Shown: piece after piece, positions 13,219-24,520 of the stretch | Layout of the letters: every line of letters begins with the position of its first letter | Numbering within the stretch: position 1 is the first letter of the stretch | Assembly: GCA_026770705.1 (NCBI GenBank) | Contig: JANJGN010000026.1 | Location: 31,310,001 to 31,374,000, forward strand | Origin: Isurus oxyrinchus | Taxonomy: Eukaryota | DNA: 64,000 nucleotides | Direction of reading: 5' to 3' | Notes under the pieces: generated by a model | What the model was told of the DNA's origin: nothing | The model's database searches: none | The model's input: only the letters and a program-made list of their open reading frames with translations | Program-made: the position numbers and the translations under genes

Positions 13219-13506
13219 GCTCTTTCAGTCAGTCAGTGACACAGACCCCAGCAGCGGTGACCAGGAAGGAGTGTCAGTCTCTCACCATCACCTGTGTTTA
13301 TTATGGTTATTATTATTTACAAAATGGACACTTCTTCAAACAAACCCAGACCGGGACAGAGTGGGAGCGGATCTCCAGCGGGGAGAGATTTGTTGTGTCG
13401 GTGAATAAAGCAGGAAAGACATTTTCACTGGAAATTCGGGACATGAGAGTTGAAGACACCGCCAACTATTACTGTAAAGCTCAGTACAGATACAACATTG
13501 GTTAAT
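13219..13506 (+). CDS. IgNAR-like NAR-TCR V exon fused to D (cassette A)
   Basis: SVTQTPAAVTRKECQSLTITCVYYG...TEWERISSGERFVVSVNKAGKTFSLEIRDMRVEDTANYYCKA; short CDR2 region as in VNAR; extra FR1 Cys; ends in ATTGGTTAAT directly before a 12-RSS. Confidence 0.92.
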
Positions 13507-13534
13507 CACAGAGGAAAAGGCCTGAACAAATAGC
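13507..13534 (+). other. 12-RSS (3' RSS of the NAR-TCR D)
   Basis: CACAGAG + 12 bp GAAAAGGCCTGA + ACAAATAGC; downstream flank is homologous to the D 3' flank of cassette B. Confidence 0.85.
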
Positions 13535-13848
13535 TCTGTACAATTAAAATATATATTCTCCGGGCCCAGATAGTGAATTGTCGGGTTGATGTTATCATCG
13601 CTGGAATCTGATTACGTTTTATTGTAATTTCCACCATTCCATTATCTTTCTTTGATATTTGTCTCGGTTTATATGAAGCGAACATCTCGTTCCCTGGACC
13701 AGTTACTCATCCCTCAGGGCCTCACAAAGCACAGTGTGAGTCAGCAGACATTTTGAAACATTGAATATTGTTTATTTTTTTCAATCCGCTGAATATATGG
13801 CAGTTTCTACTGTCTGGTGATGATTTCCCGCCAGGTTGAGTTGTCGGT

Positions 13849-13940
13849 GGTTCTTGTGCCGGGGAGACTGAGAGCAGTGTTACTGTGGTGGAAATATGAT
13901 TCTGTGGATGGATCCGGTACGATGTTGACTGTCATAGCCG
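13849..13940 (+). other. NAR-TCR J segment with 23-RSS (cassette A)
   Basis: GGTTCTTGT + 23 bp + TACTGTG (13881-13887); J 13888-13940 = WKYDSVDGSGTMLTVIA; phase-1 donor GTAAGT. Confidence 0.92.
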
Positions 13941-14599
13941 GTAAGTGACTCCAGCCACCCTCCCCCTCACACCTGTTGCGGCCTGTCCTAGCTAATGTTC
14001 ACCCGCTGCTTTTTATTGTGATCAGTGTCAGTTCAGTCCCACGAAAAGGAAAACAGATGGTTTTCATAAGGAAACCTCTCTGTTGGCTTTTTCGATTTGG
14101 GGGCAGAATATTATTCAGGAGCCGGGTCGAATGTCTAGGTGAAACTATGTGTGAGATCTGTCAGACTAGGTGGTCAACGGGATCAGGGTGGGTGGAGGAT
14201 GGAGTGTGGGGACGTGAGGGAGGGGATTTTAAGTTTGGAGGAGCATGAGGGTTCGCTGCATCTGAACCATTATTAGTTTCACTGGTACATTGGGGGCCAT
14301 CAATCCCTCTGATTCACAATACTAATCATTTGTAAGTTTGGAATTGCTAACATTTATCTCTTTTGAATGTAGATTTTTGAGATACTGGATTGCTTTAATT
14401 TATCTGTATCTGTGATTTCTGCAAATTAAAACAACACAGAGCAGTGGGAGAGTGAGGATGATGCACTAAACTGCTAGAAGGGAACAGGAACATAAGAGAA
14501 CAATAATAATCGAAACCAAGAGAAAGGTTGGATGATTTCTGGGGGCCGTTCAAAATTCTTCCTGGCACGAGGGTGGGAGGTGAGGTTTATGGAGGGAAA

Positions 14600-15640
14600 G
14601 GCTGCAATGGGTCCAGTCTGGAATGCTAGGTAAACGCTTGGCCTCTTTGTTAGGGAAAGATCTAAATCCTTTGGAGTGAGTGCAACAAAGTTTCATCAGA
14701 CTGATTGCTGAGATAAAGTCTTACGAGAAGAGATTGAGTTGTCTGGGTCTATATTGCCCCGGGTTTCGAGGAATTGAGATGTAATCTCATTTGAAACATG
14801 TAATATGGAAGACAGGGCAGATTCCCGGTGGATGTTTCCCAAGGCTGGTAAGTCTATAACTATGGGTCAAAGTTTCAGAATAAACATTCGGCCATTAGAA
14901 CTCAGAAGAGGAGAAGTCAAACCATTGTTGTGAGTCTGTACCTCAGAGAGCTTTGGATACTCAGTGTTGACTGTACTTAGGACGGTATTTGATAGATCTT
15001 TGGATACTAAAAGAATGAAGGGATATGGGGGCACTGCTGTAATGTGATTTTGAGGATGGAGATCAGCGACGATGGTATTGAATGGCAGAGCAGGTTTGAA
15101 AGGTGCTATAGCGGCCTCTCCATCTCCTTGTTAGGTTCTCTGCTTTGATTTCTTACATTCCTGAGAAATGCAATCAGCAACAATCCACGTCTCTCTAGAA
15201 CGATTGAACAGGCTGGGCCACTTTTCATTGTAAAAGAGGAAACCGAGGAGATATCAGAGAAACCTTTTAATTATGAATGTGTTCAATCGGGTGGATGTGG
15301 AGCAACTGGTCATTTGTGGCTGAGTCCAGAGCAATAGGAGATTATTATAAGGTAGCCACTAATTGAACATAAAAGGCATTAAGAAAAATACATTTGCATG
15401 AACACGTGTCAGAATGTGGAACTGGAGGTCACATGGAGTGGCTGGAGCAGGGAGCATTGATAGATTTATGGGAAGACTTCAAAATACAAGAGGAAGAGCG
15501 GAATAAACAGGCAGAAGGATGTGGACCGAATTGGTCATTTAGATTTCGGGCAGGAAGGGCTGGTTTGGAGTGTAAACATAGGCATCAATCAATTAGGCCG
15601 AATGGCCTATTCCTCTTCTGCAGATTGTGTATAATGTAAA
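14600..15640 (+). mobile_element. old CR1 fragments in the J-to-supporting-V intron
   Basis: CR1 3' motifs; homologous fragments sit in the cassette B intron (~54350-55400). Confidence 0.6.
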
Positions 15641-16555
15641 ACCTTCGAGAATACTCCGCTCAGAGAACCAGGGACAGAATCAGTCAATGAGCGGAAAGAA
15701 TTGAAATTGTCAGAGAGCCGGAACAGACAGCTCCCAGTGAGTAACAGGGAAACCACTGCGGAAACTGAACAGACTGATCCCAACCGACAACTGAGAGAGA
15801 TTGGGACAAGTTCCCACGATTGCAAAAAGCGCAAACAGCACAGTAACGTAAAATAAAGTGAGAGTAACTGTAAATATTTCAAATTAAAAGGACACGGAGA
15901 AATTTGGGCCCTCATGTTAGATGAATATAGAGAAACAGATCAAAAAGTTGATAGAAACTCCCGAGCAGTGGTCAACTCCAGCAAATGATTAACCTTTGAC
16001 CACCTATGTTCACTATCGGTTTGGCCCAATCAGTGCTGATGAATCTCATCAAGTTATTATGGATCTTGCTTTGATGCTAAATAGTTCGGTTAGTCTCGGG
16101 CAATCATTTTGGAAACTGATTGCTTCGCTGATAATAAAATGTTCCTTCTGGAAAAATAGAAACAGAAATGTAATATACATTACATGCTGCACTGCAGTTG
16201 AAATCCGGTCCATCCTGTCGGTGCTGCCCCTGTAAAAATGCAACCCAATTATCCCCACTACTCTCTTTCCCCGTAGCCCTGTGTTTTTCCATGTTCCAAC
16301 ATTTATCCATTACTCGTTTGGAAAACACCCTTAACCAGTTTCACCGTCTGTTCAGACAATGCATGCCAAATAGTAAGAACTCGCTCTGAAACACAAAATA
16401 ACACCTCATCCTTTCACTGCTTCATATTCCAATAACAGTGAATGAAGTTAAAGCAGGTTATAAATTAAACAAACTCACCCAAAACCACAGCATCTACTGC
16501 GATTAACAAGTTTCCCAGTCTCTAAATAGATTAAGATCAAATTTTTCTCCTGCAG

Positions 16556-16861
16556 ATTCCAGTTCCATTGTATCCCAGAATCCGCCTGTCCAAACCTCTG
16601 CTGTGGGTGACACCGTTACTTTAAGCTGTGAGTATTCAGGTGTCTGTCAGTACACAGTACACTGGTACCGTCAGTCCCCAGGACAGGCTCCGGATTACTT
16701 GCTTCAGAGACATGCTTCAGGAGAAGAGGATAAAGAAAACACTGTTGGGGGGAGAAGTTCTGCTTCTATCGATCCTGCCGAGAAAATCAGCCGGTTAAAT
16801 ATCTCCAAACTACAACTGAGCGATTCCGCTGGGTATTACTGTGCACTGAGTCAGCGCACAG
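16556..16861 (+). CDS. leaderless supporting TCR-delta V exon (cassette A), open frame
   Basis: CTGCAG acceptor, phase 1; DSSSIVSQNPPVQTSAVGDTVTLSCEYSGVCQYTVHWYRQSPGQAP...LQLSDSAGYYCALS; CDR1 Cys; no leader exon found upstream; consensus 23-RSS at 16862-16900. Confidence 0.93.
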
Positions 16862-16995
16862 CACAGTGATACAGAGCACGGAGGGTGCCATACAAAAACC
16901 TGAACATGGAGGGATTAGACACAGTGATAAAGAGCAGGGAGAGAGCTGTACAAAACCTGAACATGGTGGGATTACAGACATATAATGACACAGAG
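16862..16995 (+). repeat. tandem 23-RSS array (two complete units plus a remnant)
   Basis: CACAGTG-23-ACAAAAACC (16862); CACAGTG-23-ACAAAACCT (16920); degenerate TATAATG unit (16981). Confidence 0.9.
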
Positions 16996-18499
16996 TGCAG
17001 GGATATTGGGAACTCAAACATTATTCACGAACATTTTCTCAAAGGTTGTCCGCATTTTACCGCACAGGATAAAGTGCTTAAACTGATCAGGTCTGCATTT
17101 CCTTCTCGCTCCTCCCACCCTTGAATTTTCCTCTCTGCCCAATGCTCCTGTGAATATACTTCATGAAATTATTTCACATTCTCACACTCCATTATTTCCC
17201 ATGAATCGGTATTTTACCGATTCATAATAACTCAAGTGAGTTTATTGCCACCTTTTTCTACGGGGACCGGGAGATTTTTTTCTCTCTCTTGTTTGGTCCA
17301 GTCCGCCTTTTACCGATTGAGTTGATAAGAAGTCACCGCCTCCTGTGATTTCCCGGATTCTGCCTACGATCGGCTGAGAGATTCTCTCAACTCAACAGGA
17401 CATTTACTGTCTGTTGGAACCGAAAACTGGGGCACCTCTCGACTAGAAAGGATTTAGATCCAGACATGTAAGATAGCATTTCCCACAATTGAGCGTAGCT
17501 GGGAGTGGCCTCTATCTGTGACACGGACCGCTCTGACTCGGGACAAACGGGCCACACATGCGGACTGGAACAACACAGCCTCTTACAATCGGCCTGTTCT
17601 ATTTTAATCAACCGCCGCAGCCGCGCAGCGGGTTACCGGCCTCAAACATGACCGAAATCAAGTTTTATGAAGCTGATCAATGATTTCCCCATAATGGATG
17701 ACGTCAAAATGCCTTCTATCAGTCACAGCCCATGTTTCACCCAATCAACCAGGGCCAGGGGGTCGGGGACCGGTGGGTGGGGGAACAGCCGGGAGTGGGG
17801 CGCCTCCAGCTCAGCTGATAGCCTGGGCATAAGAATGGAGGCTATTTGACTAAAGGATGTAATCAGGAGCGAAATGGTGCTGGGCAAATAAATTACAACT
17901 GTTTCAAAGTCTGGATTTAGCTCAGTTTAGGGCCCCATTGTTCATAATTGATATTAGAACATGCCTGGAGGCCGGATGTTACGTCACTATCCGTGTTCTC
18001 CTCTGTCTCCCCTGAGAAATTAGAGCTGCTCCGTCTGGTCTCACTACCTTCTCCCATTCCTCACTTAGATCAAGGGGGCGCTAATAAGATGATTTTGACC
18101 AGGTTCTCTCTTTCACCTGGTGACTCCTGTAAAGGGTACAAAGATATGAAGTCGAGGTAACTCTTTTTAGGCGAGGCCCCCAGAAGAAGTCCAGAATAAG
18201 CGTTGTCCACAAGTTGTTCATGCCCTGACAAGGTGTCTCAGGGAGTCTCCCAATGTGGTTCACTTCACAGGTACAGCAACAATGAGCATGAAAGGGTGAC
18301 CCCCTGTCAGTGGCGAGCGTCCCTTTAAACTGCGTTTGCAATTAACACCAAGATCGTGTTTTTTCCCCATCACCTGGACTCTGTTGGAGAGTGCTTTACT
18401 TGAAGCATTTGCACCAACCGCTGTGCAGCATCTTTAAGTAAAGCGAGCAGACATTTTTGCAGCCTCACTGCGGCTCCCAGCTCTGACTTCAACTTCTTT

Positions 18500-19390
18500 A
18501 TCGACATTACCTCGTGACACCGAGTTCCATACTCCTCAGTTTGGGGAAACTTCCACCCAGTATCTGCCCTGTAAAGCCCCTGAAGAATACTATTTGTGTT
18601 CATGAGATCACCTCTCATCCTCTTAAACTCTAGGGATTATAGGCCCGGGCTACTCAATCTCTTCCCATTGGACAATCCATTCATCTCAGGAATCACCCTG
18701 ATGCACCTTTGCTGCACTCCTTCCAAAGCATCTTGATCTCTCTTCTGTAAGGACACCAAAACTTTACACAGTATTTCAGACTGGAGTCCATTTCAGTCCT
18801 CTCCTGCATAAAACTCACCCAACATCCTGGGGTCGGATTGCACTTTGAAAGGCGGCCAGAGATCATCCAATCCTTTTCTCCCTTTGGACGAGCTATTTCT
18901 TGCTGATTGTCAATGAACATGCCACCAATTTCTAATTGTTCCCTTATGTTCATGTTCTCCTTTATAAGATTAATGCATCATCCTTATTCTCTCACTGCAC
19001 TATGTTGTTTCCATTAACATTAATCAGGGATACAGATAAATTACAGCAATCCCAACTCTCAACATCTGCTTTAAAATAGAGAGAAGTGTCTGCAGTTCCA
19101 AACTTTCACGTTTCAGCCTGAGGGCTGAAAAGGAGGAGAGTGATTGGTTCTACGAAGACAATTGAAAGATATGGCGGGGGCAATGTCGCTAATTTCGTGA
19201 TTGATTGTCCAGTAATAAAATTCCATATTTACCCACATCAGGATCACTTATATCTGAAGTCCGTTGTGTCACTCTCCCGTTTTTCTCCCGGGTCAGGTAT
19301 TGAACAAGCCACTGCAGGTATCCAAACTTGCCGCAGTTGTGTTGAGTTTATTCACCTGGTGCCTCATTCACATTGTACGGCTTGAGAGAC
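18500..19390 (-). repeat. orphan third copy of the NAR-TCR J-to-V intron
   Basis: Colinear with ~55170-55935 (TTATAAGATTAATGCATCA, AGAAGTGTCTGCAGTTCCAAACTT, GTGTTGAGTTTATTCACC) and inverted relative to ~14250-14900. Confidence 0.8.
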
Positions 19391-19599
19391 TTGCAGCTGT
19401 TAACCGTTTACACTGTTCAGTTTCTGAATTCCAAACAGAACGGTTAAATGAGTGGTTTCTGCAGTGCGGCCGCCGACAGCTCGAAGACCGTTGATCAGCG
19501 GAACCGGTTTTAGTCACGTTGAAATCACACAATGGGACAAAATTAAAACACAATTTGCTGGAATTCAGAAATTGAACCGGATTTTATAGAATGAGCTGT

Positions 19600-19950
19600 T
19601 GGCTCTCTCTCTCTCTCTCTCTTTGCCTGTCTATTTCTCCCTGCCTCTATATCTTTCCTTCTTTCCCTGTCTCTGTCTGGGCCTCTCTCCCTTTGTCTAT
19701 TGCATTCTCCTTCCCTTTCTAAATTTCTGTCTTTGTTGTTGTGTCTCTCAGTTGTCTCTCGCAATCTCTCTCTCTCTCTCTCTCCCTCTCTCTCTCCCTC
19801 TCTCCCTCTTTCTCTCTCACCCCCTCCCGTCTCTCTCGCACACACACTTTCTGCTCTCTGCGTCAATCTTTGTCTCCATTCTGTGACTCTTTCTGAGTGC
19901 CTCGGCATATTTTCCTCCTTTTCTCTCCCTCATCTCTCACTTTCTCTCTT
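19600..19950. repeat. CT-rich low-complexity tract
   Basis: (CT)n and derivatives. Confidence 0.9.
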
Positions 19951-20629
19951 TCATTCTACTTTCCTTGGCTTTCATGCTCTACTTTCATTGCTTCCAATCG
20001 AAAGTGTCACTTTTCCCTTTTTTGTTCAGAATCCGAAATATTCGCAAACTTGACTTTCTGTCAATAAAACGTATTAACTTTGGATGCAAATTTACAGCCG
20101 GAAAGCGTCGGTTTCTGATTCTGGTGCTGTCAGAGGTGAAGATTCAGTGTTCACAAAATGAACTCCCACCATTCAGGTTATATGGCAGCCTAGCGATATT
20201 TTCCGTACAGTGCCTATATCGGTTTGTATCACTGAATATTCAGCACACAATAAAACATCCCACTGTCACTCAGTTCTACATCTTTCAGGATTAAACTGAA
20301 AAAACGATCTGATACCAGGAGTGTTGAATAGATTCGGCCGCCCACACGCTCTGCTTACTGCCCTCCCTCTGAATTCATTTTGATTTTCAGTGTCAGCGCC
20401 TTCTTGTTTCTTTGGTGCCAGAAAAGATCATATCGGCGGCGACCTGTGGAGTTTCAACAGGGCAATACCATTCATCCTTTCTCCAAACATGATACTGATG
20501 ATGCAGGTTGCTTAATTGTATTTGAATAGTACAGACTTTCGAATAGTCAATGAACAGAAGACAAATGGATGTTTAGATACTGGAGGCAACAATAAATCCT
20601 CGTTCCTTTCCTTCATCGCACCAACATTG

Positions 20630-21340
20630 TATGAGGCCATTCAGGTCATCGTGTCAGTGTAGCCTCTTTGGCAGAGGCACCAAATTGTTCGCACTTCACT
20701 GTTCACCCTGCTTTGTCTTGTAAAGGTTTCCATTTCAAGTAGTTACCCAATTATGTTTTTGACATTTGTTATTGAAACTGCTTCCACCAACCTATCCGGC
20801 AGTGCATTCCACAACTCAACAACTTAGAGTGCAAATAAATGGCTGCTCAGGTTGCCTTTGATTCTTTTGCGAATTAATTCAAATCCAAGTTCTCTGATTA
20901 CCGAGATTTCCGCCGGTGGATGCAACTTCCCTTATTTATTCAACTAAAACAGTTCATAATTGTTAATATCTCTATCGCATGTCCTCTCAATCGTTTCTGT
21001 TCAACACAGAACAACCGCAGATTCTCAAGTCGCTCCACAAAGCTAAAGCCTCTCATCAGTTGAAGCTTCCTAATAAATCTCTCCCGCACATTCTGCAAGA
21101 CCGTCAAATCATTCATCAGGTGTGGTTCACATATTTATACACAACAGTCCAACTGAGAACGTAACAGCTTTCTAGAAATGTTTAGCAAAGCATCCTAATC
21201 CTATTGATAAAATCAAGAATTTAAATTCATTTTTACAGCAGTCCCAGCCTCCACTACCAACTTCAAACGTTTGTGCACTTTGCAAAGTCTCCATCTCTCT
21301 GTTCCGACAGCGCCAATGAACTTGCATCATTATGTTCATA
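20630..21340 (-). mobile_element. old CR1 LINE fragment
   Basis: Degenerate CR1 3' region on the minus strand (GGCCATTC.G..CATCG, GGCAGTGCATTCCA). Confidence 0.55.
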
Positions 21341-24269
21341 TCGGATATCCTCATCACCTTCAGGCATGAAGAAAGTCAAACAGATAGGTGAGCAAAAAGT
21401 ATCTGGAGAGGTGCAGAAGGGCGAACTGCAAGATACAGAACCATATGTAGATAACTGTTGAATACCTTTAACAGAATGCACATCACTTAACTTGCTGGGA
21501 TTGGGGGGTCTGGTGGTCGGGGGTTCCAAACAATTACATATTGTGTGGAGTCAGGATGTCACATCGGAAAGACAGGGATAGTTTTTTTGTACGGGCCTCT
21601 CGTTGTCTGGTGACGTTCTGTTTCCTAGAACCTAGCTATCCACAGTGCTGTCAGACAACTTCGCCTAGTGAATGGTTAAATGGACCGTTCTTGCAGCTTT
21701 ATGTAAGGTAGCATATATCACATGCTTCCCAAATATGTTTGTTATGACTTGGCAGGCCTGGATGTGTGCCAGACGGACCAAACCCACAAGGGAAACTTGG
21801 CCACGTTATCACAGTTTTGCAATTTGTTTTTATTCCGAGAAGTTTTGTGCACTGAATTCAGAAATGATGAGCCTACTGGAACCTTTAGAGATTTTTTAAA
21901 AACCATATTTAAACATATATTAACAACAGGAAATATTTCAAACACACACACATACGTTTAGAGTTGCTGAGTACTATAACAAATATCAAACTTCCTAATT
22001 TACCTGATTTCAACCTGCACACACCTATTGGGGAAATATTCTAAAATAGATTTTAAATTAAAATAAATACAAGCAAGCAAGGTTAGCAAAGGACACACTC
22101 GACAGCAGAATTCCAAAGGCTTTTACCCAACTTTAGCTCCTCGACACAGTTGACGTTTGCTCACATGGTTAGAGGCTTCCCCAAGGCTATTTCACACACT
22201 CCTGTTAGATCTTACATACTTCCTGAAACACGGGCCCCATTACCTCAGTGGGTTGAATGATTGTGTATATCGGTGTCAAGCAGATGAAAGGCAGCATGTT
22301 ATCAGATTAAGAAACACACCAGCAACAGAGGCTCAGGCCCACAGCAAAAACTTCATAAATCCTGAACAATATGGTATTGGGCACAATCCACCCTCCGAGT
22401 GAACAGTGGAGTTACATGAGTCAGCCACCTGAAAAATTCAAAGGAATTTAAATCTCTGCGATCCATGTGTGGAAATGGCAGCTTCGATGACAGGCTGACA
22501 GGTTGTTCGACATATGTCAATTTCCATTACCCCCCGAATCAACATCACTGAAGCAGATCACCAGGTCATTATCACCTTGTTCTTTGTGGGAGCTTGAGGT
22601 GGTAAATTGCCTGCCATGTTTCCCACATAAAGACACTCCAAAGCCTTCTTTGGTTGTAAAGTGCTTTTTAAAGTTCTGATGTCATGAAAGGCACTGTATA
22701 AATACATGTTCTTCTTTCCTTATTGTTCTTGAGAGGCATTTTGAGAATCAGAGCCAGAAGATGGGGTTGAGTTCTTTATACTAAGTGCAGTGTTAAACGT
22801 TACAATAAAACTCACCATCTGGACTCTCTCTCCCTCTGTATTTTACTCTCTTTGTGTATCTTTGTGTCACTCTCTAGCTCTTTATTTCCATAACTCTATC
22901 TCTGAATTGTTGTGTGTCTTGAAGGAAGTTGAAGAAAGAAATATGCACACAAATTAAGGAATTTAGTAACTAACAGATTAATAATAATGGGTCTTGCGCA
23001 ACGTAGTATTACGTCAGTAGAAGAAGTATGTAAAGGGGCTAAGGGAATTGAGTTCCCACAGTGTGCACTGTTGTCTTTATAAAGCAAAATGCAAATAAAA
23101 AAGAAAGGCAAGGTAACGGCGAATGAAACTGATCAGGGTGAGAAGTAAAGGCAGTGGAGCATCTAGGCATTGATGACTATAACAAAATATGCTCCAAGAT
23201 GAGGATAGGGATTAATAAAATTTTGAGGGAAACCAACTAACCATCTGGTTGATTGAACGTTAGGCAATTCCAGTGAAGCGGGATGGTCGAGTGATTGAGG
23301 TAATGGGCATAAAATAGAATAAATGAATGCTCACGTGCAATTGAACTCCATTCCTGGGAGTTTGTTTATCAGTGCTGCTCCTACTTTTGTTGATTAAAGA
23401 AAATGGAGGTAAGGTACTGAAGTTGATGGACAGAGCAACAATTCTCTTAGTAAATGCGGAGCAAGCTCGAGGGGCTGAATAGCCTCCTTCTGTTCGTGTA
23501 CGGAAATATTATGTCTCCAGATGCAGAGGTTAAGTTTGTCCCAGGGAGGGAGATGCAGAGAGGGGGACCGAAAAATAGAATGTTGGGCTGACAGGGAAAT
23601 AACAAGCAATTTATTTAAAGCAAAAAGAAATTTTGGCACAGTGTGTGACAATGACAGATAAGTTCAGGGGTTTAAAAGACGCTCTTGGAAAGTCAGTTGT
23701 TGAAGGCGATTGCGATTTAATTGGGGCAACTGAAGGCAATTGGGATTAAAACCATTAAATACTGTAGTGTTTAACAAAACAATGTTGTAGAATTGGCGGG
23801 TATATGAACTCCTCGTATTTCTGTCTTACATCTCCCCATCTTTTAGCAGTTTAATAAAAACAACTAATAAATAGTGGAGGTGAGTGGGGATGTTAGAGAC
23901 TGCCGCTCTCAACTACCACATTTTCTAACCACCTAGCCTCAATGCCTGAGGGACGTGCAGCTGTTAACCGTTCTCACTGTTCAGTTTCTCCAGTTCTAAA
24001 CAGCAGTTAAACGATCGGTTTCTGTACTGCGGTCGCTGACAGTTCGATGTCCGTTGCTCAGCAGAACCGGATTTAGTCAGACTGAAATCGCACAATGGGA
24101 CAAAATTAAAACACAATTTGCTGGAAATCAGAAATTGAACCGAAGGATTTTATAGAATGAGCGGCAGGCTCTCTCTCTCTCTCTTTGACTGTCTCTGTTT
24201 CTCCCTGCCTCTATATCTTTCTGTCTCTGTCCTCGTCTGCCCCTCTCTCCCTTAGACTAACAGTTGCGT

Positions 24270-24520
24270 CAAATCTGGGTGTGATTTACAGGGACATTAT
24301 AGAGGGAGCTTTACTCTGGATCTAACCCCGTGCTGTACCTGTCCTGGGGGTGTTTGATGGGGACAGTATGCAGGAAGCTTTACTCTGTATCTAACCCCGT
24401 GCTTTACCTGCTCTGGGAGTGTTTGATGTGGATGTTATAGGGGAAGCTTTATTCTGTATCTAACCCCGTGCTGTATCTGCCCTGGGTTTCTTTTTGACAA
24501 CGTAGAGGGAGCTTTACTTC
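24270..24520. repeat. ~59-70-bp minisatellite, ~4 units
   Basis: Repeated AGAGGGAGCTTTACTCTGTATCTAACCCCGTGCTGTACCTG...GTGTTTGATG. Confidence 0.9.

Noticed and set aside
12881-13408. 175-aa ORF (and its paralog at 57256-57666) as an independent gene
   Set aside because: Reads through promoter, leader and intron into an off-frame V; similarity is explained by the cassette duplication
19543-20053. ER-rich and SL-rich ORFs
   Set aside because: Translations of a CT microsatellite
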